A stretch of DNA of 64,000 bases from Scenedesmus sp. PABB004 (GCA_014905635.1 JABVCE010000026.1:434001-498000); one strand, 5' to 3'. Positions 12,566-25,559 are shown, numbered from the stretch's first letter. The notes: generated by a model from the sequence alone, not told the origin. Numbers and translations are program-made.

Positions 12566-14610
12566 TCAGACCACCCAGTAGTGCTGCTCCGCCGCGGCGT
12601 CCTCGTCACCGCCGCAGCGCTCGCCCGCCTCGCTGCCGCACAGCACGAGCGCGTCGCCGCTGGCCCCGCAGCACGCGCCCTCCCAAGGCGCCGACGGCAC
12701 CGCGTCGAGGCCGCCGCAGCCGCTCAGCGGCGAGCTGAACGACCCCGCGCTGAACGACGCCTGGCTGCGCAAGCACAGCCACGAGTCGGAGGCACTGAAG
12801 CTGCCGCGCCGCGCGCTGAACGACGCGCCGCGCCCGCACGCCGCGTACGGCGCGAGCGGCGCGGTCGCGCTGTTGGCGCGCCGCGACAGCTCCGCCAGCA
12901 GCGCCGGCGGGAGCTGCCCCGACGCGTACAGGCGCGCGCCGCCGCACAGCACGGGGCTCGCGCTCGCGGCCGAGGGGCGCACCGCGGTGACCGACGGCAG
13001 GCGCGGCGCGAGCAGCGCGGCCTTGGTCGCGATGCCGCCGCCGCCGTGCTCCGCCTGCACCACCGCGAGCACGAGCCGCTGCCGCTGCTCCGCCGTCAGC
13101 AGCGCGAGCAGCGTCGCCGCGTCGGACGGCGCCGCCGCGGTGCCGCCGTTGCAGGCGCTGCCGGGCGGCGAGTCGGCCTCCGCCTCTGCCGCCGCGCCGC
13201 CGTCGGCCGCCGCCGCCGCCGCGCCCGCGCTCGGCAGGGCCGCGAGTACGCGCTCCTCAATCATCGCGTCCAGGCAGGCCCGGACCTGGGCCAGGCTCGG
13301 GCGGTCGTCCGGCTGGCTCGCCCAGCAGCGCTCCATGAGCAGCTGAAAGTCGGCGGGCATGCCGGAGGGCACCCGGGGCCGCAGGTGCCGCACGGCCTGC
13401 GCGGCGCGACAAAACGGCGGCGGCGGCGGCGGCGGCGGCGGCGCGTGAGCGGGGCGTGCCCCGGGCCGCGGCGCGGCGTGCGCGCGTGCGCGCATGGCGT
13501 GCGCGCGGTCTGCGCGGCGCGTCGCACGCACCACTGCGTCGATGAACTGCGTGTATGAGAGCTGCCGGTACGCGAGCGCGTTGGCGTAGAGCTCCCACAT
13601 GAGGATGCCAAAGCTGGGAGGGAGCGGGGGCAGGGCGGACGCGGCAGGCAGGCGCGGCGGCGTGGGCGCGCGGCCAGCCAACGCGGGCTGCGCAGCCGCG
13701 TGGCGCGGGGCAGGGGCGGCGCGGGGCAGGTGCGGCGCGCGCACGGCCCCCAGGAGCGCGCCGCGCACCTGTAGATGTCGCTCGCCGCCGTGAGGCGGCC
13801 GAAGCGCAGCAGCTCGGGCGCGGCGTGCGAGAGCACGCCCGTCGCCGAGCTGCCCGCGGCGGCGCGCGCGGCGGCCTCCTGGCGCTTGACCACGCGCGAC
13901 ACGCCCAGGTCCGACAGCTTGGCGACCAGCCCGAACGGCGCCGCCGCGTCGCACTGGACCAGGCAGTTGCGCGCGGTGAGGTCGCCGTGGCAGACGTGCG
14001 CCGCGTGCAGCGCGGCGAGGCCCGCCGCGACGTCGCGCAGCAGCGACAGCCGGCGCAGCATGTGCCCCGGCGCCGCGGGCTCGTGCGCCCAGGGCGCCGC
14101 GACGATGGCGAGCGTGCCCGCGTCGCACTGCTCCAGCAGCAGGCGCGTCTCCGCGGCCGCGGGCCCGCCCGGCGCCGCGTTGGCGTCGCGCACGTGCGTC
14201 GCGTAGCCGTGGCAGCGCACGACGTGGCGGCAGCGCGAGAAGCGCATGAGCAGCTGCGCCTCGCGCTGCACGAGGGGGAGGCTGGGCAGGTCGTGCTCGA
14301 CCACCTTGACCGCGACCGCGCGGCCGCGCCAGAGCGCGGCGTGCACGCGCCCGTTGCTGCCGACGCCGAGCAGGCGGCCCAGCTCGACGCTCTCGTCGTC
14401 CGGGCCGCCCTCGGCGAGCGGGCAGGCGCCGGAGAGCACCCAGCCGCGCGTGCCGCACGGCTCCACCGGCGGCGGCGCCGACAGGTGCTGCGCCGCGCTC
14501 ACGCTGAGCGCGCGCTGCACCGTGATGCTGGCGATGCGGTGCAGGCTCAGCGCCCGCCCCGCAAAGTCCTCGTGGCCCACGATCTCGGGCCGGCTGGAGC
14601 AGCCGCCCAT
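12566..14610 (-). CDS. Ser/Thr protein kinase, TKL/Raf-like, 3 or more exons
   Basis: LGVGSNGRV, VAVK, HGDLTARNCLV, KLSDLGVSR, HAAPE, SDIY|SFGILMWELY, LMERCW..PDDRP. Likely start MGGCSSRP at 14610; an upstream exon is possible. Confidence 0.88.
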
Positions 14611-15571
14611 GATGGCGAGGAGCTCGAGCTCAGTGTACACGATGCCGTCTGCGCGTCGGCGTGTCGCAGGGCGCCGCGCGTGAGCTGCGTCGGCGCGCCC
14701 CGAGCTGCGCGCTGACGGGCTCGGTCCCCGAGACCCGCGCGGCAGCTGCCGGGTGGCTGCGGGCAGCTGGTTGGGCGGCCGCATCGTCGACGCCCCGGCG
14801 CGGCGCGCCCGCTGCGGTGCGGCCCGCGCCCGCCCGCGCAGACTAAGCCTGAGGTCCCCGCCAGCGAGCGCGCACCTGCAAGTCAGCCCGGAGCCAGGCT
14901 ACGCCCTGGTAGAGGCTGCCTCCGCGCTCGGCGTCAGCAGCTCCTCGCGGCCCTGGCGGCACGCGTTTCTTGCGGCACGTGCGGCTCTGAGTCAAGAACG
15001 GGTGATTTCAGGTCGCCAGGGTGGCAGGAGGTATATATCGAGCTTCTTTCAATATATCGCCAGCCTCCGTTTGTCGGGTTACAAGCCTCTGCGCGTCGTC
15101 TCTGGGTGTGCGGGTGGTTGCTAGCGCGCTTGTGGCACGGTATGGCCCGCGGGCGGGGCGGGGGCGGGCCTGGATTGTGCGGGAGAGAGCCGGGAGCTGG
15201 GCGGGCGCTGGGGCCCCGGCTCGGCGTCGTGCGCGGGCAGCGCGCGCCCTGGCCGAGCGCACGGGTATGTGTACGTCTCAGGCGAGCGCGGGACGGTGCC
15301 GGCGGGCAGAGATATAACGGGTTGAGAGTGCATAGTGAGTGTCACCGCGAAGTGGCCTGCTGGCGCCCAACGCCGCCGGCGCCGCCAGCTGCCGCGCAGG
15401 TGCCGACAGGCATGCCTCAGCGGGTGCGCCGCGCTAGTTCCGCGCTGCAGTGACCCGCCAGGGGGCTCGCCCCGGCGTGACCCGCGCGCCAGGCGCCGCC
15501 GCCGCTGGCGGTGCAGCCCTCGGCGCCGTGCGCGCGTGCGCGCGCCGCGCGCCCCGCGCGCGTCACGCGCC

Positions 15572-17921
15572 TCATGCGCCGCCGACAAACTGCGGCTCGC
15601 GCCACCACTCCTCGCAGGGCGCGGGGAAGGGGTCGTCCTTGGCGAGCACGAGGACCTTCTGCTTGTTTGACATGTAGCCCTTGACGTAGCGCCGCACGAT
15701 GCAGTTGGAGAGCATGCACTCCAGCTCGTCCATGTCCGTTGCAACCTGCCCCCAGGCGGCGCCGGGACGCAGCGTCGCAGTCTCTTAGCGGCGGCGCTGC
15801 GCGCTGCGAGGCGCACGGCGCGCCGGGCGTGCGCAGCGCAGCGCAGCGCAGCGCAGCGCGAGGCGGGCCCCCGCGCAGCCCGGCGCGGCGGCCGCCGCGC
15901 CTGCTGAGCGTGGAGCACACCGAGCACAATGTCCAGCGGCAGGTGGTGCGGCGACCAGGTGCGGCCCGGGTGCTCCCGCGCGGCCGCGACGCAGCGCCGC
16001 ACCAGCCTGCGCAGGCGCGCGCGGCGGACGCGGCGGCGGCGGCGGCGGCGGGGCTCGCCGCGCTTGGCGGGCGCCGCCGACCGGTGCGCGCGCGCCCGCC
16101 CGGCGGACGGTCACGTGCCCCGGCCGCGCCGCGCGGCGCCGCACCGGCGGTAGACGCTGAAGCGGAGCTTCTCCAGCAGCAGGTACGTGCCATTGGCGAT
16201 GAGGCGGAGCTGGTGCGCCTGCATGCTGCGCTCAAACAGCCCCACGTCGCCGGTCGCGATGGCGGTCCGGAACGCCTCGTACTCCTGCGACGGGGCACGG
16301 CGGCAGGGGCGTGTTGTGTGGCGCGGCGCGGCGCGGCGCGCCGCGCGCGGGCGGCGGCGGCCTTGGCGCGCGGCCGCCGCGGCCGGCCCGGCCGCGCGGC
16401 GGCGGCGGCGCACCTGCAGGCCGTACCGCTCCAGCAGCTCCGCCGTGGGCAGCACGCCCTGCAGCATCTGGAGCTGCGCACAGGGCGCGGCGGGGCGGGT
16501 GGGCTGCCCGCACGCACGCAAGGCCCGCAGCGCTGGCAAGTGCCGGCGGCGCAGCGCGGCGCGGCGCGCCCCGCCGCCGCGGGCGCTCGTCGCTCTCTCT
16601 CCCTCTCGCGGGCACGCACCGGCACGAGCGCGCGCAGGATGTGGCGCACGTTCTCGCTGTCCGCCTTGCACTCCTTGAAGGCCTGCTGCAGCATGTCGAT
16701 GCCGCCGGATATGTTGTCGCTGTTGAGCTCGGTGCGCCCCAGGTAGTAGTAGGCGCTCACGCGGTACGCCGCGGGCACGCGCTGCGCGGCCGCGGGCGCG
16801 GGCGCGGGCGGGGCACGGCTGGGCGCGCGCGCGGCCGCGGGCGCGGGCGCGGCGGCGGGCGCGGCGGCGGCGGCGGGCGTGGCGCGCACCTGCAGGACCT
16901 CGCCGCTGTAGTTCTGCTTGAAGTTCTTGAGCACCTGGCTGCAGCCCTGCACGTTATTGAGCCGCATGTACACCTGGCGGCCCCAGCAGAGCGGCGCGGT
17001 GGCAGTCGTGTCAGCCCGCAGCCGCCCGCGCCGCTGCTGGCCCCGCCGCCGCTGGCGCCGCCGACACCGCCGCCGCCGCTGCCGCCGCTGCCGCCGCCGC
17101 TGCTGCTGCTGCTGCGCTGCGGCACCGGCGGCGCACCCGGGTGAGCAGGATGAGCAGGGTGAGGTTGCCGCGCCGCCGCGCCGCCTCCTCGGGCCGCCGC
17201 GCGGGGCCAAGCGTGCTGATGCACTGCTGCAGGAAGCCGCCCACGGCCTTGCTCTGCGGCACGCGCGCGCGCACGTGCGCGGGTTGGCGTGTGCATCAGC
17301 GCCGCGCGCCCGAGCACAGAGGCCGCCGCCGCGCCGCCGCGCCGCCGCCGCGCGCGGCGGCCGTCTGCGGGGCCTGGGGCGGGGCCTGGGGCCCGGCGCA
17401 CCTTGCTCGCGTCGCCCTCGAGCATGAGCTGCGCGTCCGCCTCGCGCGCGAGCTGCACCGCGTTGCTCGCCGTCTGCTCCATCACGCCCGCGACCCAGAG
17501 CGCCTGCGGCGACTCTGACAGCGCCGCAAGCGCGCCCTTGGCGGGGCCCTCTGGCGCGGTGTAGAGCGCAAACGCCTGGTCGGAGCGCCCGTTGGCGCGC
17601 TTGGCCAGCGCCGCGAGGTGCTGCGCCGCGACGGCCGCCCAGGGCGGCTCGAGCCAGCGCCCCGCCGCGCCGGTGAGCTGCGCGTCGCTGACAGACGCGA
17701 GCCCGAAGAGCGCCTGCTGCAGCGACGGGTGGTCCAGCCGGAACAGCGGCTTCACGCGCGCCGCTGCGTCAGGTGTTGGTTGGGGGGCGGGCAGCCGGCG
17801 CGGTCGCGTGAGTCCGCGCTGCCGCTGCTGCCGCCGCTCGCTGCCGCCGCCCACCTTGCCCGCTCGCTATGGCCGACGACACCTCCTCCAGGTATACATT
17901 CACGTGACGCAGCGCCGCCAT
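15572..17921 (-). CDS. PCID2: PCI-domain protein PCID2/Thp1/EER5 (TREX-2 mRNA export component), multi-exon
   Basis: YYYLGR, ILRALVP, GVLPTAELLERYGL, AIATGDVGLF, GTYLLLEKLR, DELECMLSNCIVRRYVKGYMS..KVLVLAKDDPFP; spliced start MAALRHVNVYLEE. Confidence 0.85.
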
Positions 17922-18226
17922 GGCGCCGGGCCGGCAGGGCGCGGAGCGGGCACAACAGCAGCTGCGCGGGTGATGGGCCCGCGCCCAGCGCGGAGGCTAA
18001 CGGCCCGCAGCAGCCGGCTGCTGGCCGTCGACGCCTGGTTCCGAGAGCTAGTCCCGCAGCACTGGCGGCTGAAAGGCCGCGCACCGGGCGACGGCAGCGC
18101 GCGCCGCTGCTCGCGCGGGTGTCGGCGATCGGCCGGCGGCGCGGCGCCGGGGCGTGCTGTGGACTGCGGGCTGCAGCACGGTCCCCACTGCCAGCTGGCG
18201 CTGCCGTGCAAAAGCGCGCGCGCGCG

Positions 18227-18231
18227 TTACA
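18227..18231 (-). terminator. Putative TGTAA polyadenylation signal for the subtilase gene
   Basis: TTACA on the + strand about 140 nt beyond the S8 stop at 18372. Confidence 0.45.
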
Positions 18232-18371
18232 GTCGGACCGCCGCCGGCGCCCGACGCCGCGGCGGTGCCGCGGTCCAATGCAGGAGGCGCTGGGAGTGAA
18301 TCCGAAGCAGCAGCGTTCAATGCAGGCGCTCACCGGCACAGCTCGTCAGTCCTCCCAGCCGACCGGCCAGT

Positions 18372-19647
18372 TCAGTTGCTGTACTGCAGCACGAGCGCGT
18401 GGCGCCGGCCGTCCGTGGTGGTCACGGTGAGGTCGACGCACCGGTCGCGCCCGTCGGCGACCCAGTTGGTGTCGAAGAAATAGCGCACGACCGACCCGCC
18501 GCCGCCGGGCGCCGGCACGCACGCCTCCTCGCCGCGCGCGCGGCCGCCGCGCGCGCGCGACAGCGCCACGAACGACGCGCCCGGGGGGCACGCGACCGCC
18601 GCGCGGCCGAGCTCCACACCGGACACGACGTAGTCGTGCGGGCACAGCCGCGCGCCGCCCGGCCCGATGAGGGCAAACTCGAGCGGCACGAGCGTCTGGC
18701 GCGGCGCGCGGAGCGCGGTGCGGCCGCCCCACTCGACCGCCCACACGCAGCGCGACACGGGCGCGCCGCCGCCGCCCGGCGGCGCCGGCTCGGCCGACTC
18801 GCGCAGCCCGAGCGCCGCGGCGCAGGCGCAGGCCTCGCCGCCGCCGGGCGACGGCGCGCAGGTGCAGCCGTCGTCGGCGAAGCACCGCCCGCCGACCGTG
18901 CAGCGGTCGTCGCCGCAGCGCCGCGGCGGGCCGGAGAACGTGTCGGTGGGCGCCGGGCTCGGCGGCGGGCTCGGCGACGGGCTCAGCGAGGGCGAGGGCG
19001 AGGCCGGCCCGCCGGCGCCGGCCGGCGCGCAGCCCGGCCCCGCCGGCCGGCCCCAGCTGCCGTCCGGCAGGCACGTCACGACGTAGCCGCCGCCCGTCCA
19101 GGCCGGCGCGGTGCAGGCCGCGGCGCACGCGGCCCCCGCCGCCGCGCCACCGCCGGCGCAGGCGGCGTCGTACGCCGCGCCCGCCAGCCCCGGCGGCGGC
19201 GCGGCGCAGCCGGGGCGCGGCTCGGGCACCAGCGGCGGCGGGCACGCGGGCGCGTCGCCGCTGCAGACGGCGGTGCTGGAAGCGTCGCAGCGCGCGCCGG
19301 CGGGGCGGAGCTGGTATGCACACAGCGTCACGCCCACGCGCAGGCAGTGCGCGGCGGCCGACGGCACGCACGCGGCGCTCGGCGCGCCCGTCGAGGCGTC
19401 CACGCACGGCGGCACCGCCTGCGCGCGGCAGTCGGCCGCCGGCGGCGGCGCCGGCGGCGCGGCGCGCAGGCACTCGAGCGCCGCGGCGGCGTTGAGCACG
19501 CCGCCGCCGATGGTCGCGCCGGGCCGCGCCGGCCGCACGGTGCGGTCGGCCGAGCTCACGAGGCAGCCCACGACCTGCGCGGCGCTCGCGTCGGGGAACG
19601 CGTTGCGCAGCAGGAACGCGACGCCCGCCACGTGCGGCGCGGCCTGC

Positions 19648-19690
<43 letters not shown>

Positions 19691-21837
19691 GGCGGCGTCG
19701 GCGGGGCGGCGGCGGTCGGCGGTGAGCCCGCGCGCGCGCTCAGGCCCCACGTGCGCGCGCCGCGCGCACGCGCGGGCGCTGCGCCCCCTAGGCGCACGCG
19801 CGGGCGCTGCGTCCCCCAGGCGCGCGCGCGGGCGCTGCGCCCCCACGGCGCCCCCGCCGCCCCTAAGCCCAGGCGCACCATGCTAGTTCCATTCATCCAC
19901 CCGGACGCCCAGGGCCCGCCGCTGCGCGTGAGCACGTCCGACAGGATGCGCGTCCCCGGCGCCGCGAGGCGCACGGCGGGGCCGTAGTTGGAGTCGGGCG
20001 CGAGCGCGTCGCTCTCGTCGACGATGTTGGCTGCGCCGCGCGGCGCGCGCGGCGCGCGGCGCGGCGCGGCGCGTCGGCCCCTCCCGCGCGCCGCGGCCGG
20101 CGCCGGCGCGCGCGCCCGCCCGCGCGCGCGCCCGCCCCGCATGCCCCGCATGCCCGCGCGCGCGCACCCACGGCCAGGACGCAGTCCGGGAACACGGCAG
20201 CCATGATGGCAGGGAACTCCGCCTCGCCGGGCAGCAGCCCGCTGTCCGACACGTTGACGCCGCGCCACGCGCACGGCGGCGCGCCGGGGCGGTTCTTGCA
20301 GCGCGCCGGCGGCTTGCCGTTGCCGGCCGCGACCACGGCGAGGCCGCCCACGGCGCAGAGCGCGCCAAACGCGTCCGTGTAGAGGCGCTCCGTCGGCGAG
20401 CCGCGCGCGCCGGAGCCGCTGATGGAGAGGTTTATGACGTAGTGTGCATCCACGCTGCGCGCGTGCGCGAGGCAGCGCACGATGTCGGAGTCGTCCGCCC
20501 AGTCGGCGGTGCCAAAGACGTTGCACGACACCACGCCCCCGCCGCCGGGCGCCGGCCCCCCCGCGCCGGCGATGCCGCGCACGTCCTGCTGCCCTTGCCA
20601 TTCGCCCCAGCCGCCCCACGCGGTGCCGAAGACGTGCGTCCCGTGCTGCTGCGTCGCCGCGACGCCTCCGGGCGGACGGTCGCCGGAGCCGGTCGCAAAG
20701 GTGCGCGAGTTGGGCAGGTCCACTTGAGGCGCGACGTCGTAGTGCTTTGCGTCGACGCCCGTGTCTGCGCCGCACAGCGGGAGGCGGGGCGCGCGGCTGA
20801 GCGGGCGGCGCACCGGCCGCCGCGCTGCGGCGCCGCCGCTCGAGCCGCCGCGCACCGATCAGCGTCGCCTTGCGCGTGACGGGCGGCATCGCCGGCAGCG
20901 CGGCCCACGCCTCTGCGGCCGGCGCGGGCATGCGGTGCGCTCAGGGGCGGCCGCGGCGTCGGCCGGCAGCCTCGGGAGCGCCCCCGCCGCGCGGCGCCCG
21001 CCCGTCCTGCAAGCCGCGCCCGTCCTGCAAGCCCACCTGGCGCGCGGATGCGGTTCATCCCCCACAGCTGCGGGCAGCTGCCGCTGCTGCACTCAAACGG
21101 CAGCCCCGCCGGCGCCGCCGCGGCGGCGCCGGCCGCCGTGCCGCGCGCGCCGCCCGCCGCGGCGCCCGGCGGCCGCGGCGGCGTCACCGTCGCGCGCGGC
21201 AGCTGGCGGCGCTGCTCCTCCTCAGCGAGCTCGAAGAGCGGCGGAGCTGCGGGGCGGGCGGGCGGGCGGGGGCGCAGTCAGCTGGCGCCCTGCGCCAGCC
21301 GCGCCGGCAGCACCGACCGGCCCGGCGGCCGTGGGCGGCCCGCGCCGCTCACCCGCCTCCGCGGCCGCGCCGGCCGCTTGGGGCGCCAGGAGCGCAGCGA
21401 CGCCCCGCTGCGTGGCCTCGGGCGTGGCCCCGGGCTGCAGGAGCACCCAGCAGCGCACGGGGAGCAGCGCGCTGCTCCCCCAGCCAAGCCCGGCAGCCGC
21501 GACCGCGGCGGCGACCGCGCCGCTGAACGCGCCGCCCTCGCCGTCATACGCCCGGCTGCAGTGCGGCTCGCCGAGCTTGGCGACGATGCGGCGCGGCGCG
21601 CCTGCGCGCGGAGCGGGCGGCGCCGCGTGGTGACCAACGCCGGCGCCCTGGCGCGGCTGCCGGCGCCAACCCCCCCGGGCGCGCTCAGGCCGGGCCCTGG
21701 CCGCCGGGGGCGCCCCGGGGCGGCGGCGGCTGCGGCTCACCAGGCTGCCCGGCCGCGCCGCCGCCGCTGCAGAGCAGGAGGCCTAGCAGCCACCAGGCCG
21801 CCACACAGCGGCGCCCAGGCCGCCCCGACGGCGTCAT
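18372..21837 (-). CDS. Secreted subtilisin-like S8 serine protease with Cys-rich modules, a Ser-Pro linker and a C-terminal beta domain, multi-exon
   Basis: Signal-like WWLLGLLLCSGGGAAG; catalytic motifs ID|TGVD, HGTHVFGT, VVAAGNG, NGTSM|AAPHVAGVA; also LWGMNRIRAP, SNYG..LAAPG. Confidence 0.9.
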
Positions 21838-22797
21838 GGTGCCGTCGGCGTCACGACCGCGCCGGCGAACCGGGCGGAGCGGCGCCCGCCGCGCCGGGCG
21901 GGGCCCGGCCCGAGCGCGCCGTGTGCTGCACCATCTCCCGCACGCCCGCTGATGACGACCGCGAGCTGCTGATCGCGTTGGCGAGGGCCCAGCGCTGCTG
22001 CTGCGGCGCGCGCGCCTGGGTCCCGCTGTTAAGTCGAAGGCCGCGACGAGGACGATGCGTCCTGCAAGTCCCCACGAGGCAACTGCTGTGTGCTGCGGGG
22101 GACGCCCGGAGCACGTCGCCGAGCGCAGGGCCTGGCGGCGCGTCACCGGCGGCCGCCGCCGTCGTTGGCTGGCACGCGAACCGCCACCGTGCTTGCGAGC
22201 GCAGCTATGTGTGGAGAGCACAGCTTTTTACCTTCATCCCCTGCCCAGACCGCACGCGCGGCGACCTCGCGCAGAGGCAGCGCAAGGCCGCGCGCGCGCC
22301 CGCCTCGCCCGAAACGGCCCGCCCCCGCCCCCACCCCCGCCCGCCACTCTCTCGCTGCTGCATCGGTTCAGACAGTGACAAGAAGTTTGGCCGGCGGGCG
22401 GCCGCCCCGCCAGCCAGCAGCCAACGCAACAACAAGCCGCGCGCGCGCGGGCGCCGCTGCGCCCGCCGCGGCGGGCGCGGCGCCGCCGCCCAGGCGGGCC
22501 GCCGCGCCCCCGCCGGCGGCTGGTTCACGCAGCCGCCCCCGCAGCGCCCCTGGCCCGCGCGGCAGGCCAGACCGGCGGCGCGCGCTACTGTCACAGTCGG
22601 CAGCCCGCGGGCGGGCGCGCGCGCCGCGGGCAATGCGCCCGCGCGCGCCCGTCGCGCCGCCCCGCCGCGGCTGCCGCATACACGCGGGCGCCGCGCCCCG
22701 CCCGCCGCCGCGCCGCGCCCTCTCCTCCTAGCTACACCGCCCCGCCGCCGCCGCCGCGCCGGCGGCGCGCGCGGTCGGCCGGCCGCCCCGCCCCGCG

Positions 22798-22996
22798 TCA
22801 GACCGCCTCGCGCGTGGGGATGACCCTGCTGGTCGCCTGCCAGTACTCTATCGCGCGCCCGATGCCGCTCCCCGGCTTGATTGCCACGCCGGCGTCAATC
22901 ATCGCCATCTCAGCGCCCGCGAGCGCGCTGCACATCATGAGCTCGTCCATGTTGCCGAGGTGGCCGATGCGGAAGACCTTGCCGTTGACCTGCGGC

Positions 22997-23032
<36 letters not shown>

Positions 23033-25559
23033 TGAGGTGGGCGCGCGCGCGGCGGCGGCGGCGCGCGCAGCGGCGTGAGGTGGCCGCGCGCGCGGGTGGG
23101 CTGCCCGGGCGCGGCGGCGCGCAGCGCGGGGTCTGCGCCGGCGGGGGGCGGCGCCAGCCGGCCGCACCTGGCTGAGGCCGATGCCGATGGAGAGGTTGTA
23201 GCGGCTGAACGCGTGCTTCACGATCTTGTTGCTGTCCACGCCCGGCGGCGTCTTGATGACGGTGAGGCTGTCGCTGCGCCACCTCGGGTGCGCGCAGAGC
23301 AGCTCGAGGCCCCAGCCCTCGACCGCCTTGCGCGTGCCCTCGGCGAGGCGGTGGTGCCGCGCGACCACGTTGTCCATGCCCTCCTCCTTGAGCAGCGCGA
23401 TGCTCTCCTTGAGCCCGTACAGCATCGCCAGGCTGCGCGCAGGAAGCGCAGACGCAGGCGCGCGGGGCGCGGCGGCCGCGCGGGTCACGAGCCGCGAGCG
23501 GCGAGCGGGCGGGCCGCGCCGCGAGCGCGCGCGCAGGCGGCGCGGGGGACGCGGGGCGCGTCGCGCGCGCGCCTGGGCGTGTAGGGCGTGGAGCCGGCGG
23601 GGTTGGTCTTGAGCTGGTCCTCAAAGTCATAGTAGCAGCGCGGCAGCTTGGCGGTCTTCATCGCCGCCAGCGCCTGCGCGGCAGCAGCGCGCGGTGCGGC
23701 AGCGCGCGCGCGCGCGCGGGCGGGCTGCGTGAGCGGCGCCTGCTCGCGCGGCGGGCGCGGCCGCTCGCGCCCGCTGGCGCCCGCCGCCGCTGCGCACGCC
23801 GCGCGCGCCGCGCGCGCCTTGTCGCTGGCGCAGACGAGGCCGAGGCCCGTCGGCAGCGACAGCGCCTTTTGGCTGCCTGTGACCGCGACGTCGACGCGCC
23901 AGTCGTCAAACTTGAACTCCAGCGCGCCGATGCTGCTCACGCCGTCCACCAGCAGCAGCGCGGGGTGCCCCGCGGCGTCGATCGCGCCGCGCACGCCCTG
24001 CGGCGGCGCGGGCGGGTGCGGCGCGCGCGCGCGCGCGCGCGTCGGCTCCCGCGCGCGCCCCCGCCCGCTGCTCCGGCGTCGCGCTGCTCCCGGCCGCCCA
24101 CTGCTCTCGGCCGCCCCGCGTCCGCGCCCGCGGCCGCCCCCGGCAGCAGCGGTCACCTTGATGTCGCTCGTCACGCCCGTGGTGGTCTCGTTGTGCACCA
24201 CCGCCACGGCCTTGATCTTCTTCTCAGTGTCCTTGGACAGCACGTCCTGGACACAGGCCGCAGCGCGCGCAGCGTGCGGTCCCGGGCGCGCGGTGAGCGG
24301 CGCGGCGCGGCGCGCATGCGGCGCGCGGCGCGGCGCGCGCGGGCGCGGGGCTCTGCGCAGCCCGCGAGCGGCGGCGCGCAGCCCGCGAGCCGCGGCGCGG
24401 CGCGGACCTGCAGGATCGCCTCGTCCGCGCCCTCGCCCCAGGGCCGGTCGATGATGGTGACGTCGAGGCCGAGGCGCTGCATCATATCAATCCACAGGTG
24501 GCTGAACTGGCCGTACCTGCGCGGCGGCGGGCGCGGGGCGGGGTGTGTGGGCGGGCCGTGCGGCGGGCGCTGCGCGGGGCCGCAGGCCGCGGCGCGGCGG
24601 GGCGCGGCGGCGCGCCTGAACGTCACGATCTTGTCGCCCGGCGACAGCGTGTTGGTCAGCGCCGCCTCCCAGCCGCCCGTGCCGGTGCCGGTGAACACAA
24701 ACGGCGTGCCCGCCTGCGCCGCGGCGGGGGCAGGGCGCGTGGGCGGCCGCGCCGCGCCGCCCGGGCATGCGCCGCGCCGCGCCGCCCGGGCACGCGCCGC
24801 GCCGCGCCGCGCGCGCCGCCGCGGGCCGCACCTGCGTCTGGAAGACGTACTTGGTGTCGTGCAGGACCTCCTTGAAAAACGGCGCAAACCAGGGGTCGCG
24901 GTGGTTCTGGCCGGGCACGTTCATCGCGCGCAGCACGCGCTCGTGGATGTTGACGGGCCCTGCGCACGCCCGCCCGCGCGCGTGCGGCCGGCGCGCCCGT
25001 GAGCCCGTGGCCGGCGCGCCCGTGAGCCCGCTGCGGCGCGGTCGGCGCCCGGGCCGCGCCGGGGCGCCCGGCGGCGCGGCGCGGCGCGGGCGGGCGGCGC
25101 AGCGCGCCGCCGCTGCTGCTGGGGCTAACCCATGAGCAAAGGCGGGGCCGAGGAGCCGCTGCGCAGCGCCCGAGCCAGGCCCGACATCAATCGGGCACGA
25201 CCGCGGCGCTGCAGGGGCCTGGCGCGCCCCGCAGCGGCCCTGGCGAGCGGTCGATGGCGCGCCCGCGCCCTCCCCTGCCCCCATGCGCGCGCGCGCACCC
25301 GGCACGAACAGGTGGTTGCGCCCCGGGGGAGTGTAGGAGTAGTCGGCCACGGGAGCGCCCAATGGCTGCGCCTACGGGCAGCACGCGGAGCGCGGGGCGG
25401 GGTGAGAGAGAGTGGTGCCGAGATGGAGCCCTCCCGGCGCCGCGTCGCAGGGGCGCTCACGTCGGCGGGCATGGCGTGCGCCGCGTAGCCACGGCCGCTG
25501 CATTGCGCGCGCAGCAGGGCCGCCACGCGCTGGCGCGAGCCGCGCGCGAGGGGCAGCAT
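22798..25559 (-). CDS. AGT1: Serine:glyoxylate / alanine:glyoxylate aminotransferase (PLP class V), multi-exon
   Basis: PGRNHLFVPG|PVNI, FTGTGTGGWEAALTNTLSPGD, VVHNETTTGV, LLVDGVSSIG, TGSQKALSLPTG (PLP Lys), FRIGHLGN; ends IPTREAV*. Confidence 0.95.
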
